Assembly: GCF_021028975.2 (NCBI RefSeq)
Contig: NC_059430.1
Coordinates: 74,524,001-74,588,000, forward strand
Direction of reading: 5' to 3'
From: Sphaerodactylus townsendi
Taxonomy: Eukaryota
Length of the DNA: 64,000 nt
The position numbers and the translations under genes are program-made. The notes beneath the pieces were generated by a model. That model made no database searches. It was given only the letters and a program-made list of their open reading frames with translations, and was not told where the DNA came from. Of this stretch, positions 50,404-62,702 are shown in pieces (within the stretch, counting starts at the first letter, position 1; each line of letters opens with the position of its first letter).

Positions 50404-53400
50404 AAAACAGTTATACACAGCAAACAAGATCAATATGCTGGATTTTGTATTACATCACACGTCGGATACTTCCCAAGCATCTAGGACTGTGTGATGTATC
50501 GACGAATAATGCGTGCAGAGCCGAGTAGGGTGGCCTTTTGCAGCTGACATATGGTGATTTTGTCAGCGCCAAATTGTTTTAAGTGCCGCCCAAGATCTTT
50601 AGGCACTGGGTAACCCAGTGTGCCGATCACCACTGGGACCACCTGTACTGGTTTGTGCCAGAGTCTTTGTAGTTCAATCCTTAAATCCTCGCATCGTGTA
50701 AGTTTTTTCCAGTTGCTTCTCATCAATCCTGCTGTCACTCAGGAATTGCAACATCAACTATCCACACTTTCTTTTTTTCCACAATTGTGAGGTCAGGAGT
50801 ATTGTGTTCCAAAACTTTGTCAGTCTGAATTCGGAAGTCCCAGAGCTAGTTTCTTTATCGCAGTTCATTTTCAGTGACCTTTCTTCAGGTTTGTGATTCC
50901 ACCCAGTTCTTTGTCAGCAGGCAGATGGTAGTTGTGGCACAAGTTCCAGTGAATCATCTGAGCAACGGTATTATGCGCTCTGCTTAGGAAATAGTCCGGT
51001 CTCATGCATCTTCTTGCAGCAGCTAAGTATGTGGATCTATTGTTTCGTCCTTGCTTCCTTGCAGTGAGTCTGCAGAACTTGGGATCTGTAGTTGGACTTT
51101 TCAATTCTGGCTTTGATGGCGTTTGGTCGGATCGCTTGTTATTGTGGTGTAAGAATCGAGAGCTCAGTCTCCTTTTTCAAAGTTCTGTTTGTGAGCCTCT
51201 ACCAGTTTTTTTTTCCTTTGTCAATTTTGTTCCTCAATTTTTTCTAGTGAACCTGTCCATGGAGAGCCTTCTTTTGCCAGCGTTTTCTCTTCTGCTTTGC
51301 AGTGTATTTTACGGTATTCACTCTTTGTCTTTGCACTTTGAGCAGTTTTCTGCTGTTGACTTCCATCAATGTTGGTTCTTCTCAAACTGTTTTTTCACAT
51401 AATCTCGCCAGTGCATGTTTCTCTTCTTCCACCGCTTATTCTAACTTGCAGAAGCCCCTTTCTACCTCCCTGGACCTTTTGTGGGTAGGTAAAGTCTGTC
51501 AACATCACTAACGCTGGGTGTAAATGAGTAGTGGATTGTCATCAGTTTTCTTGTTTTTCTGTCCAGATCATCCAGCTCTGCTTAAGGCGCCCAGTTCACA
51601 ATTCCAGCAGTGTATCTGATGACGGGTATGGCCCAGGTGTTGATAGCCTTGATCAGTGATTCCCGCCGCTTAATTTGCTCTTCAAAAAATTTTTTTCTCT
51701 TGGACCCTTTGGACATATTCTCTGCTGACCACATTTTTTCTTACATAGTCCATGCTTCGATGTTGTCCAGCTGTAGTATTCCCAGGTATTTATAGGATTC
51801 AGGTTGATTGCAGAATTTTTATGGTTTTTTTTCCTCCATTAGGGCAGCTCTATGCCCTTACTGTCAGTAATTTTCCCTTTCTTCAATGCCATACTGTGGC
51901 GCATTTTGTCCAAGCCAAACTCCATACTCAATGTCATATTGCTGGAAGATCTCCTGACTGTGTTGGTCAGTGACTGAATTTCAGTTTCTGATTTTCCATA
52001 AAGTTTTTTAGGATCATCCATGTACAGCAAGTGGGAAATTTTTTGTGAATTCTCTTTGCAGTTTGATAGCCCTAGGTTTGTTTTTTTTGTAGAATTGTTG
52101 GACAGTGGGATCATTGCAATGATGAACAACAATGGTGACAGTGAGTCAAATTTGGAAAATTCCTCTCTTGATAAGTGTTGATAGTCTCCATAGCTTTGGT
52201 TGCCCACGAACAACCTTAGTTTTCCAGTGTTTCATTGCATTTTGAGTAAACTTATAATATTTTCACAAACCCTGCTAATGACATCCATACAGACATTTGA
52301 TGATCCAACTGTGTGGCAGTGAGTCAAATCAGTTTTTTTTGTAATCAATCCAATGCTTGTATACAGGTTTGTTTTCAGGCTTTTGCAGTTCTCCAGTATC
52401 ATTTTATCAATCAGGAAGCTGATCTTTGGTGCCCCTACTTCTTCTTTTATTACCTTTTTGTCTCTAATTGGCAAGATGTTATTTGGTCTCCAAGTAATCT
52501 TGGATTTGATCAGCAATTATGCCTGTCAGCAGTTTGAACATTGTAGGCAAAACACGCTATTGGCCTGTAATTTCCTGGTATTGTCCCTTTGGTTGAATCT
52601 TTCTGTATCAAATATGTTTTTCCAGTTACTATCCATTCACCGATGTTTACGGCTTCCAGCATTTCATTGAATTGTTCGGCCATTTTTGAGTGCAGGTTGG
52701 TCAGATATTTGAGCCAAAATCCATGCAACTGATCAATAGCTAGGTGATGTCCAATCTTTTTACCTCTTCACTCTTTTACTGATTTTATTTCTGTTGTTAT
52801 TTCCAGGTTTCTCATCCTGTTCCTTTGTACCCTCTTTTCAAAGTCTTTTATCCAATCTAGCATTTTTTGTTGTAGTCTTTTTCTGGTTTCCCACAAATTC
52901 CTTCCAGAATGTATTTGTAGCTGTTTCTTTTTCTGGTTTTTCATTCTGCACAGCTGCCTGCTGATTCAGACTCTGGTAGAACCGGCCTTTGATCTGACTG
53001 GAAAGTTGATTTTGTTTGTAAATTGGATGACTCTAGCTTCATATCGCCTAATTTTTCTATTGTTACAGATCTGTTGTTTCACACTCAAGTGCTTCTTCAA
53101 TTTTTTCTTGTGTTCAGCCAGTATTTTTTAATCAGGTTATTCTTTATTTTGACATTTTTCTGCTTTTTGTTCCTTCATGTTCTTCTTCAGATTGTTTGCA
53201 TCTGATCGAGGGTTCTTTTGATTTTTAACTCCAACCTGATTTTCCACTGGTTTGGAAATACTTCCTTTTTCTTTGGCGGGGCTTCCAGTTTCTTGTATCC
53301 CCAATTCTTTTGTGTTACAACCACTACAATTGTATGCAAACTGATTTAGTTTCTTCCATTGATGTTATCTGGATAGTTGTGGGAGTGCAGTATCTACATC

Positions 53401-54227
53401 TTCCATTAGAGGTGCCAGATGTTTTCTTGGTACTGTTTTCAATGTTGGCAGTCTCTTTGCCTTTCTCTTCCCTTTGATGCAGCATATAGGCTTCCAAAAT
53501 TTTCTCTCTTTAAGTTCTTGTTGCCTTGTGGTCAATGTGCCAGGGTGTACCAAAATGGCCACAGGTTTTTCAAGTAAAATTTCTGCTCTTTCTTCTGGCT
53601 CAAAATGTTCAGTGGACCTAGATATTGTTAGTCCTACAAATTGTCTCCCCACAGTTGCCTGTTCTACTGTTTCATGCTTTTTCCGTATTTCTTCACGTTC
53701 GACTACACCGAACACCTTGTTCCTGGTTGGGTGAATCACTTCTGGTCAGCAAGTCTCAGTCTAGTTACAGTTGAATCTGGATATCTGAAGTTTCCTACAG
53801 CCGGTACATCCGGGCTTTGGTAGCCACGCTTTCTAGTCTCATTTATGGTAGTGCCCGCGACAGTTCGATTCTCTGACATTGAAAAAATTTCTGTCATGGT
53901 AGTTGTTTTATCTAGTTGGCTCTGCAGGCCCATGCCCTGGTTGCTCAGCAATGGGTCCTGGTTCCTGTAGCCCACTTGTCGACGGATGCCCAGGGTTCAC
54001 CAGCACCCGGCCAAGGTTCACATTCCCATGAGTATGACCAAGCTTGTGTATAGACTTCTTTTGAGTTTGTTTCTACCCATATTTTAATGGGTTGGGTGCA
54101 CTTAGTCCCTTCTCCCCAATTCGAGACCACACTTGGCATGGTTGAACCTGCCGGGTAGTTTGTACTCACCACCAGCACAGCTCTCAACATCACAGAAGTG
54201 AGCTAAGCCCCCCCCACAACGGCTAGC
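50356..54227 (-). mobile_element. R4/Dong-clade non-LTR retrotransposon (RT + REL endonuclease), frameshifted, near full length
   Basis: Fragments HGFWLK, GKTYLIQKD..PGNYRPIAC, LIDKMILENCK, DSLSPLLF, SHLLYMDD, MEFGLDK, AHNTVAQMIHWNLC, DLRIELQRLW..VVPVVIGTLG..QLQKATLLGSARIIR; 3' (TAA)n tail; 5' end runs into the N gap. Confidence 0.9.
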
Positions 54228-54396
54228 NNNNNNNNNNNNNNNNNNNNNNNNNNNNNNNNNNNNNNNNNNNNNNNNNNNNNNNNNNNNNNNNNNNNNNNNN
54301 NNNNNNNNNNNNNNNNNNNNNNNNNNNNNNNNNNNNNNNNNNNNNNNNNNNNNNNNNNNNNNNNNNNNNNNNNNNNNNNNNNNNNNNNNTATCCCC

Positions 54397-54690
54397 GAAG
54401 GGATGTTATGCTGAAAAGGAAGCAAGCTTGTTTTGTGCTGCTCCAGAGACTAGGGCATGGAATAATGGATTCAAAGAGCAAAAAAAGAGATTCCACCAAA
54501 ACATTAGGAAGAACTTCCTGATGGTAAGGGCTGTTTGGCAGTGAAATATGCTGCCTCAGATGGTTGTGGAGTCTCCTTCTTTGGAGGTTTTTAAACAGTG
54601 GCCCATCTACTGGGAGTGCTTTCAATAGTGTGCTCCTTCACGGCAGGGAATTGGATTGGATGGCTCTTCTCTTTCAGTTCTATGATTCTA
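54397..54690 (+). mobile_element. CR1 remnant, part 3 with 3' terminus
   Basis: gaagggatg...gcaagcttgttt...acattaggaagaacttcctg... ending in ttctatgattcta. Confidence 0.85.
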
Positions 54691-55619
54691 ACTTCATATC
54701 ATGAAAAGCTTCAACAGCCCCTTTCCACTCATTCAACTTTTGTTAAATGGAGAGAACACACACACACACACATACACAAACCTCCAGCAGGCAATTGCCT
54801 GGATATTGGTGGTGATACTCAGGCAGTAAACTTTGCTTTCCAGCAAAGCTGGTTTTGGTGTATCTACAAGAGCATACAGCTATCTGTGAACACATTTACC
54901 ATCATTTTAAAATGAAGCTATAACCCAATTTCACATAGCAGCTTTGTAATGTGAAAACAAAGAAAAATGAAAATATAACTGAAATGAAAGCTTACATAGC
55001 AACAGACCATTAATATAGATGAGCTTCATTCTTCTGAGACACTGAAAAGAGAAAATAGTGGTGTAACTGCTTGAGCTGAAAGAACAGATGATATCAACTG
55101 ATCTTGCTCCTAATGCAAAATCTATCTAAAGATTTTCTCATTGAAAGGAAATTCTGGTTCTCAAAGGGAAAATCTGCTGTCATACCAAATAACTTTAGTG
55201 CCTTACATACTGGGGACATTGTTAATGAACAGAGCCTCCTCACACATGGAGAACTCCTGGATCACTGCCAGTGTCAGTTCCTAAATGGCTAGTTTGCCAA
55301 GTAACTGCCAGTTTCGTCATATACCCTTTAGTAGGCATGGAAGCAATTCTCACTTTCACACCCACCCCTTGAATTGGCTTTTTTTTACCCTCTTTGTTCC
55401 AATATCACCAGTTTCCTTTTCACCACTGCTCTGCCCCTCATGGAAGGTGAGTGGTATATATGTTTGCCTGTTAAGTTTATTTCTGGATTTCATCAGAGGT
55501 GCACAGGAGAACCAAGAGCTTCAAGTGTACTCTAACTTGCACATGGAGCTCCTCTGTTGACAAAGCTCTCTACTGACTTGAAAGGGCACTTCAATACCGT
55601 CATGGCCCCTGCAATAACC

Positions 55620-56450
55620 GTCACGGCCCCTGCAGCTCTACAGCATTGTTTGGAGGCGGTCTCTGGTTGGTTACAACAGAGCAGGCTGAAACTGAATCCA
55701 TCGAAGACGGAGATCCTTTGGCTTGGTCACAAGGGGAGGGGGGGTTTCCAGCTGCCGGAGTGGGAGGGGACCATTTTGGCGCCAGCCCCCTCCGTCCGCA
55801 GTCTGGGGGTCCACCTGGATTTGTCTCTTTCGATGGAAACCCAGGTGGCCCTTACAACCCGGACTGCATTTTTCCATCTCCATCAGGCCCGGCGGCTGGC
55901 CCCCTTCCTCTCCCAAGTGGACCTAGCCACTGTGATCCATGCAACGGTCACCTCCAGGCTTGACTATTTTAACTCGCTCTACGCGGGCCTTCCCTTGCGC
56001 TTGATTCGGAAATTGAAACTGGTCCAAAATGCAGCAGCGCGCCTGCTCACAGGGGGCGCCTTTCGTGATCACATCCAGCCTGTGTTGCGCCAGATGCATT
56101 GGCTTTCCAGGTGGAATTCAATCATTTTCTAAGGTATGGTTTTGACCTTTTAAGCGCCTTACTGTGGGCCTGGGACCCTCGCACTTCAGGAGGACCGTGA
56201 TGACATCCCATATGCCCCTACTCGGCTTTCTCTTGCGCTCAGGAGAGGCTTCAATTTGTTGGTGGTTCCTTGGCTCCCTTCAATGATGCGGTTGGCCTCC
56301 ACACGGGCCAGGACTTTCACAGCCCTAGCCCCGGCCTGGTGGAACACTCTTCCTCCAGCTGTCCGGGCCCTGCGGGACCCTGGTGAGTTCCGCAGGGCCT
56401 GTAAGACTGAGTTGTTCCACCAGGCCTTTGGAGTGTCCAGTCACTGAAAT
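55620..56450 (+). mobile_element. L2-clade LINE 3' portion
   Basis: CLEAVSGWLQQSRLKLNPSKTE, VRSLGVHLD, TVIHATVTSRLDY, KLVQNAAARLL, LRQMHWL, APAWWNTLP. Confidence 0.9.
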
Positions 56451-56675
56451 GTGCGCCCCCCTCTCTATATTCGATTACCACCATATGCTACCCTCTTAGA
56501 GGGGAGTCCGGCTGTTCCCTTTCCTTAGGGAGGCCTTCATATTAAAAAATATGAAGTTTATAAAAAAATAGTTTCCACGTAATTCAGTGTGTGTTTCCAT
56601 GTGTAAAAAGTGAGCAGTTCCTTTTGCACACTCTCTTCAGAGCTTCCCCATTTATTTTGATGGAGCAGGGAGCAT

Positions 56676-56750
56676 ATTTTATTTATTTATTTATTTATTT
56701 CTTGAATTTGTAGACCGCCCCATCCCCGGGGGGCTCTGGGCGGTGCACAA
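56676..56750 (-). mobile_element. L2-type 3' stem-loop with (TAAA)n tail
   Basis: (ttta)n followed by gaccgccc...gggcggtgcaca. Confidence 0.6.
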
Positions 56751-59019
56751 CAATATTCATTACAATCAGTAAAGTTATTAAACCAATAAAATCTATTAAA
56801 ATCTATTAAAAGCAGCGGTCAGTACAAAGATATCAGGCGCCCCAAAACCCAATTTAATTAGAGGCCTCTTGTTCTAGTATGCAAACCCATTCTCAGTTTA
56901 TCCTTGATGTAATTCTTCTCAAATCAATTTAACTGAACCTATGTAACAAACTAATAATTGCAATAGCTATTAAGTGTGGCACAGAATACAACATGTTTGC
57001 CAATTAAAATACTGATTAATGACTTTAATGTTCCGCTGAAATAGACAAATTAGCCGGCCCATAGTGAACAGATGATTTAAAAAGGGTCACTGAGTTCCAC
57101 AGAGTCTTTCCTCCATACTACAGCAATATGGCCTTTGGAAAACTCTACTTTTTAAGTGTGCAGCAGGATGACAAGATCTATGGCAATGCCCACAGTGGCA
57201 TAAAGAAGAGTGATTATTCAAATCACAGAGAAGAGAAAAGGCACCATAGAGGAAGGAGTACTGAACCTGAAGAAGGGCGGGTATGGTGAGGAACGAACAA
57301 ATGGGCCATTGGAAAGCAGAAATGAATACAAAGTGGATGGTCTGAATGGGAAGCGAAGAAAGGATTGTAAGGGGGACTGAAAAGAAAGGGAGGTGCTGGT
57401 GACAAAGCGTGAAGGCACAGAAGAAAAAAGCAGAGAGCAAGTAGAACACAGCAAATGAAGAAAAGCTCAAGGAACGCCTTCAGCCGAGCACTTGGCAATA
57501 AGGGCCAAGGTAGCCCAGCAGGCAAAGGCCAGCAGGCANNNNNNNNNNNNNNNNNNNNNNNNNNNNNNNNNNNNNNNNNNNNNNNNNNNNNNNNNNNNNN
57601 NNNNNNNNNNNNNNNNNNNNNNNNNNNNNNNNNNNNNNNNNNNNNNNNNNNNNNNNNNNNNNNNNNTCTCATTGAGAAACTTCTGAGTAGCAAATAGTTC
57701 TGTTTCACAAGTCTTAGCTATTGAATATGCAGTTTCAATTTACAAATGGGGCTCAAAGGGGAAAAAAGCAGTAATCTTGCATTCCTACCTCTTCTTCCAT
57801 CCGTCTTTTCCCACTCTCCAGGCTACCATTGCTTTCTTGGAGTAGAAGGAGGAACAGGGGATTTTGCCAGGCTGTGTCATCCTTCTCAACTGCCAATGAT
57901 TGATTGTGCTTTGCCTACTTCTCTCCTGAGCTCTCCATCACTGCAGCAGAGGAAGGGAGAATATTGATTTAAAAAATGGGCTTTAAAAAACCCACCATCA
58001 GTCTTATGAGCGATGGGGAGCGACCCAGAATTGAGGGCAGACAAGCCACACAGCAGGCAGTGGGGCACATTCTCATGTGTAAACAAGGAAACGCAAGAAG
58101 ACCCCACTGCAATCCCACTGTGGAGCAAAGAGCATCATGGAAAGCACTCCATGCATAGTGGACCAGTGTATAAATGAAGTAAGTAAATAAATAAATAAAC
58201 AAATGTGCTACGACTGTATCCTGGATTCCTGTGGTCTATTGGCAAGGCCTGGTCTCTTTTCCACTCCCTACGGAGAGAAAGCAGGAGCACCGTTACTTAT
58301 ATCTCCCCTTTAAGTTTAAAATAGTGTAAAACCTTTGTTTAAACTACTTAGAGAAAAGAAATTTCTGTCACTTGATCCAGTCAGCCAAATCTGAAGCCAC
58401 ATTTCTTCAACCTAGGAGGACTTCTGTGATGGGGAAGGAAGATTTCAAACTTGGCTAACTTCAGTTGAAGGATACAAACCAATGACATCCTAATAAGCTA
58501 AATGAGATAAGAGAGGTAAACCAACAGGACTCCTAGTCTGTCTTAATGTTGGTTTTGAAACACTCCAATGTTTATTTCAGCACTACTTGAAGAATAAACT
58601 TTGGTGAATAGGGTGCACTCCAGGTATCAGGGGCTTCCGTTCAACATAGAAGAAACTGCTGTGTTTTCATTTGTTGTCATGGCTAGGTATCTATTATCTG
58701 GGTCTGTTTAAAGGAAAGAAATCCATGTTCATAGGATATGCATTTTTTTTCTAATGCTGGATTTTAATTAATATATTTTAATATTTTTTCTTATTATCTT
58801 TATTTTGTAAGTCACCTTGGGCAGGTTCCTGCAAAGGTAGCACATTTTTTTTTCTAAACCAGCCCAGCAACAGCAGTAATAATAAATGAAAGCATTCCAG
58901 GGTATATGTGGGATTTTTGTCATTTAAAGTTTCATTCCTTCATTTCTACTAAAAGTACTTGAGACAGCTAATGAACCATTAATAATAAACACATATTAAA
59001 ATAATATAATGAAAAATAT

Positions 59020-59750
59020 AATCAGCAGAAGGCAGGAAGACCAATATGTCTTTAGCTGGTACTGAGAAAAATGTACTGGGATCATGTTTTATAAGTGAGG
59101 CACGAGACAGTAAAAAGGCCATCTCTCTTGTGGACACCCATAATTGTGACCCATGGAATACAGCTTCAAAGACTGCAGTAACTGGACAGGTCCATATGAG
59201 GGTAGGCAGACCTTCAAATATCCTGCAGATGCCAGATGGAGTAGGACCTTCACGGTTATAACTAGCACTTTGAAATCAACCTGGAAGTGAATTAGTAGCC
59301 AAAGCAAAATCTTAAATGATATATGACATGTATGCTTTGTAACTAACGACTAATAATTACTGTACTCCTCGACTTTGAACTGTTTGAAACTTTTGAATGG
59401 ACTTCAAAGACAGCAGAGCACACTGCAGTAGTCCAGCCTAGATGTAATTCGAGCAGGGACATCTGGGGCTAAATCACCTTTCTGGCAAACTGTGCAAAGC
59501 AGGTCAAAGTTTGCTGTACCGAGATCTGACCATTCTTACAGAATCCCCAAACTTTAAACCTATTATTTCAAGTGTAAATCCACATGCCAACTCCTCAGTC
59601 TCTGATGTGAAACAGAATCAACCAACAGTATTTTCATCTCATGTGAATTGAGTTTCAGTTCATCAGCTCTCATCAGTTACTTCCTCCAGGCAGAATGCCC
59701 ACCACTTGGTCAGGTAATGCTAAAAACAAGAAATAGTTGTGTATCATCCG
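59020..59750 (-). mobile_element. Old L2-clade LINE remnant
   Basis: LWLLIHFQVDFKVLVIT; reverse complement contains tctaggctggactactgc (SRLDYC) and ctgaaactcaat (LKLN). Confidence 0.6.
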
Positions 59751-60389
59751 TTGGGATTATTACACCTTTTTAACAAGGATTCTTGCCTATACACACAAGG
59801 AACACCCAAGAAACCCTTGTTAACTATCTTGGGCATTGTATCTCTGCATGTAACTGTTAACAGTGCATCAGTGATAACAACGGTACTATTATATGATCAC
59901 TTATTTTGGGTGGGAAAAGAAGTGAATCACAACTTTCTGATTTTGCTAAGGCGCACTCTCTCCTTCAGTCCACTCAAACTTCATTGTGGAAACAAATTTT
60001 CCTATTTGAAACCACATGTCACATGTTGGCTACAGAAACAAATCAGAGACTGCAGTGAAAGAACAGGTTGTTATCCTAGGAGAATCAATCATATAAAGAG
60101 GTGCTCAGGAGAGATGTAGAAGTAAAAGAACCACTAAAGATTACATGTTCAGTGCTAGAGAAATAAGATGTTATGAACATCACCCACTGTTTCTGACAGC
60201 AAGGATTACATTGTGATACACAAATCAGTGATTTACTGTAAGAAAAAGGGAATAGGAGTGAGTCACACTCTGAGGCAGGAATAAATGCAATCATCTTTGG
60301 CAAAGGTTGGTTGCAAGTCAGTCTAAAACATATTTTTTGTCATATGGAAGAGCTGCTGCTGATGTTCTTGAAATATTTATTAAATGTTT

Positions 60390-60930
60390 ATGTCCAGGAG
60401 CGGCGAGCCCCCCCCTCCCGGACTTACCGCCGCCGCTGGCCACGCACGTGATCGGATGGTCAGCCTCTCTGGCCGCTTTGCCACGCCTCGACGCCATCCC
60501 AGCGGCTGGATTTTCGGCGGCCGAGGGCTTCGGCGGGCGGCAGACCGGCCAGGGCGGAGAGTCTCCTCCGGGCGGCGCTGGGCGCTGGACGCCCGCCAAG
60601 GGCTCCGCCCGCCTCGCCGTGACTAAGCCTCCATGCTGCCAGTCCTGGCTCGGAGGGGGGGAGGCAGCGACCGGGACGGCCGGACGGGCCCGCCTCCTGC
60701 GACGTAGGGAGCGATCAGCCTCGCAGCGCCGGGCGCTGCCGGCTGGAAGGACTTGCTGGCCGGGCCGCCTCTCCCTGCGGAGGGAGCTCCCCGCTGACCT
60801 TCGCTGGCTCGGGCTTCCACCGACACGGGCGCCAAGGCGATGCGGCCCTCCCGGGCTCGGGTCCGGCATGACAGGGCGTGGGCCCGGGAGGTCTGGAGGA
60901 AGGCAGGAGCCGGCAAGGAGGGCCCTTTAA
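60390..60930. promoter_or_regulatory. CpG island / probable promoter
   Basis: Non-repeat GC- and CpG-dense block with no TIRs; GC boxes (60551-60557, 60603-60610), E-box cacgtg at 60445-60450 and a splice donor at its edge. Confidence 0.8.
60428..60497 (-). CDS. Candidate first coding exon (MASRRGKAAREADHPITCVASGG, phase 1) of an unidentified gene; may be non-coding
   Basis: ATG in good Kozak context (gggATGg) and a G|GTAAGT donor at 60427, inside the CpG island; protein not recognised. Confidence 0.35.
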
Positions 60931-62566
60931 GGAGTGTGTGGGAGGCGGCTAGGGATAAAGGGGTATAAAGAAACAGCAGCAGCTGGGAGAGCTTGTGGGA
61001 CAGGGAGGCAGAAGGGGAAGGGGTGTGCAGAGAGGGGCTGGAGAGCCGAAGGAGAAGGAGAGGTTGGGAAGGGCCAGCTGAGGGACAGGGAGGGGAGTGG
61101 GGGAGGCCGGTGGAGAGAACAGGCCCCCCAGTTCTGGGACAGGGAGACTTGTGGAGCAAACAAGCTCCCTCGGGGAAACAAAGGGGAGTCCTGTGGGAGG
61201 AACAGGCTCTCCCAGGGGAACTGTGTGGAGAGGCCAGGCGGGCCCTGAGGGGGTTTAGGCCCCACTGTTTGACCACCCCTCCCTAGAACAGGGGTGAGGC
61301 CGGGAACAAGAACCCCGGGTAGGGTTTGGAGGGAAGGCATCAGGGCTCCCCCGCGGTACTCTGGAGGGGGACCCTGACAGTTTAAAATATGAAACACAAT
61401 TGAACTGATGGAGAACTGCGTTAGGGAGATAATCTGGTGGAACATTAATTATATTTACTGTCCCTGCAATATTTTCGATGCATTTATGGTTATTGCATTT
61501 ATAATGACATGTTTGGGACAAGTGATTAGATGTTTGATTCTTTTTTCACAAAATTGTAAGAAAGGGATTAGTTTAGCCCATCAATTAAAAGCAGTAATCT
61601 AAACCTTAGTAAAAATAAGAAAATAAATGGGAAAATTTGACAAAATGTATGAAGTGCCATAATAAGCAAAAATGTACTGAAGTGATTATTGATCTCATCT
61701 GCAAATATATCTGCTAAGAATGAAAAGTATTTTGTTTTAGTTACAGTAATTGCTCCTCTCCCAATGTACCTCACCTTTCTTAGAAAGCTCTGCTTTTTCA
61801 CAGTAGTGATGGCTTTAAATCTAGAAAGTATCTTTAGTATTCACAGCACACAGCCCAACAGTATTGCCAAGAGATGCAAGTCATTGAGGTTTTGTCTTGA
61901 ATTGAAATCTTACAGGGCTATAGTAGAGAGTGGTCTCACTTGCCAGCTAATGTTCTAAATAACTCTGTAGTCATGTCCTATCAAATATTTTTCTTTAACT
62001 TGAAAACACACTGCTACGATCTGGAAAGTGGGTTGGACAGTGACAGATGTGACAGATGTGGTTTCTGCACGGCACACTAATAATGTGCGCGTTATTAATG
62101 AACCCAGTTTCCCCTGTTTGCCTTCACACTGGAGATTTCACACCTCCAGGAAGCGAATATAAACAGTCCGGGTTGCTGTGGCTCCTTTGGTTTCTCAAAA
62201 AAAAAAAATCACTGGTTTAGAGATTTTTGTAAAACCCGGGTTGAGGGAAATCTAAGGGGCTGAACCAGTTTTGGGAAAGAGCTCTTTACAAAGTTCTTCA
62301 CCAGAATGGGATAAATAGCTTTCTCAGTCCGTTATAGTTGGGCAGTGTGGATACCACCAGAGTAAATGATGGGCTGTGTAGTGAAAGCTTGGGTTCTGGC
62401 CGTATAGTAATGAAACCAGCATTTGCTAAATTCCTGGAAGAAGGATTTTGTAAGGCACAGAAGAAGGTCACAAGCCAGGCAAGGAATATCTGAAGAGTGC
62501 AAAGATACACAACGAATTTGTCAAACATTGGGTTGGATTCTGCTCATGCAAAGCTAGGGTTGCAAG

Positions 62567-62702
62567 CAGTGGTGGGATTCAGCAGGTTCACACCACTTCG
62601 GCAGAACTGGTTGTTAAAATGGTGCTTGTATGCAACCAGTTGTTAAATTATTTGAATCCCACCACCAGAACTGGTTGTTCAATTATGTGAATCCCACCAC
62701 TG
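62567..62702. mobile_element. Small hAT MITE with duplicated right end
   Basis: TIR cagtggtgggattca...tgaatcccaccactg; exact TSD gttgcaag; an internal second tgaatcccaccac. Confidence 0.9.

Noticed and set aside
60428-60497. SLC25A21 exon 1 (similar recalled coding length and an REA tripeptide)
   Set aside because: Lacks the AGG(S)AG carrier motif; similarity is too weak to assign a symbol.
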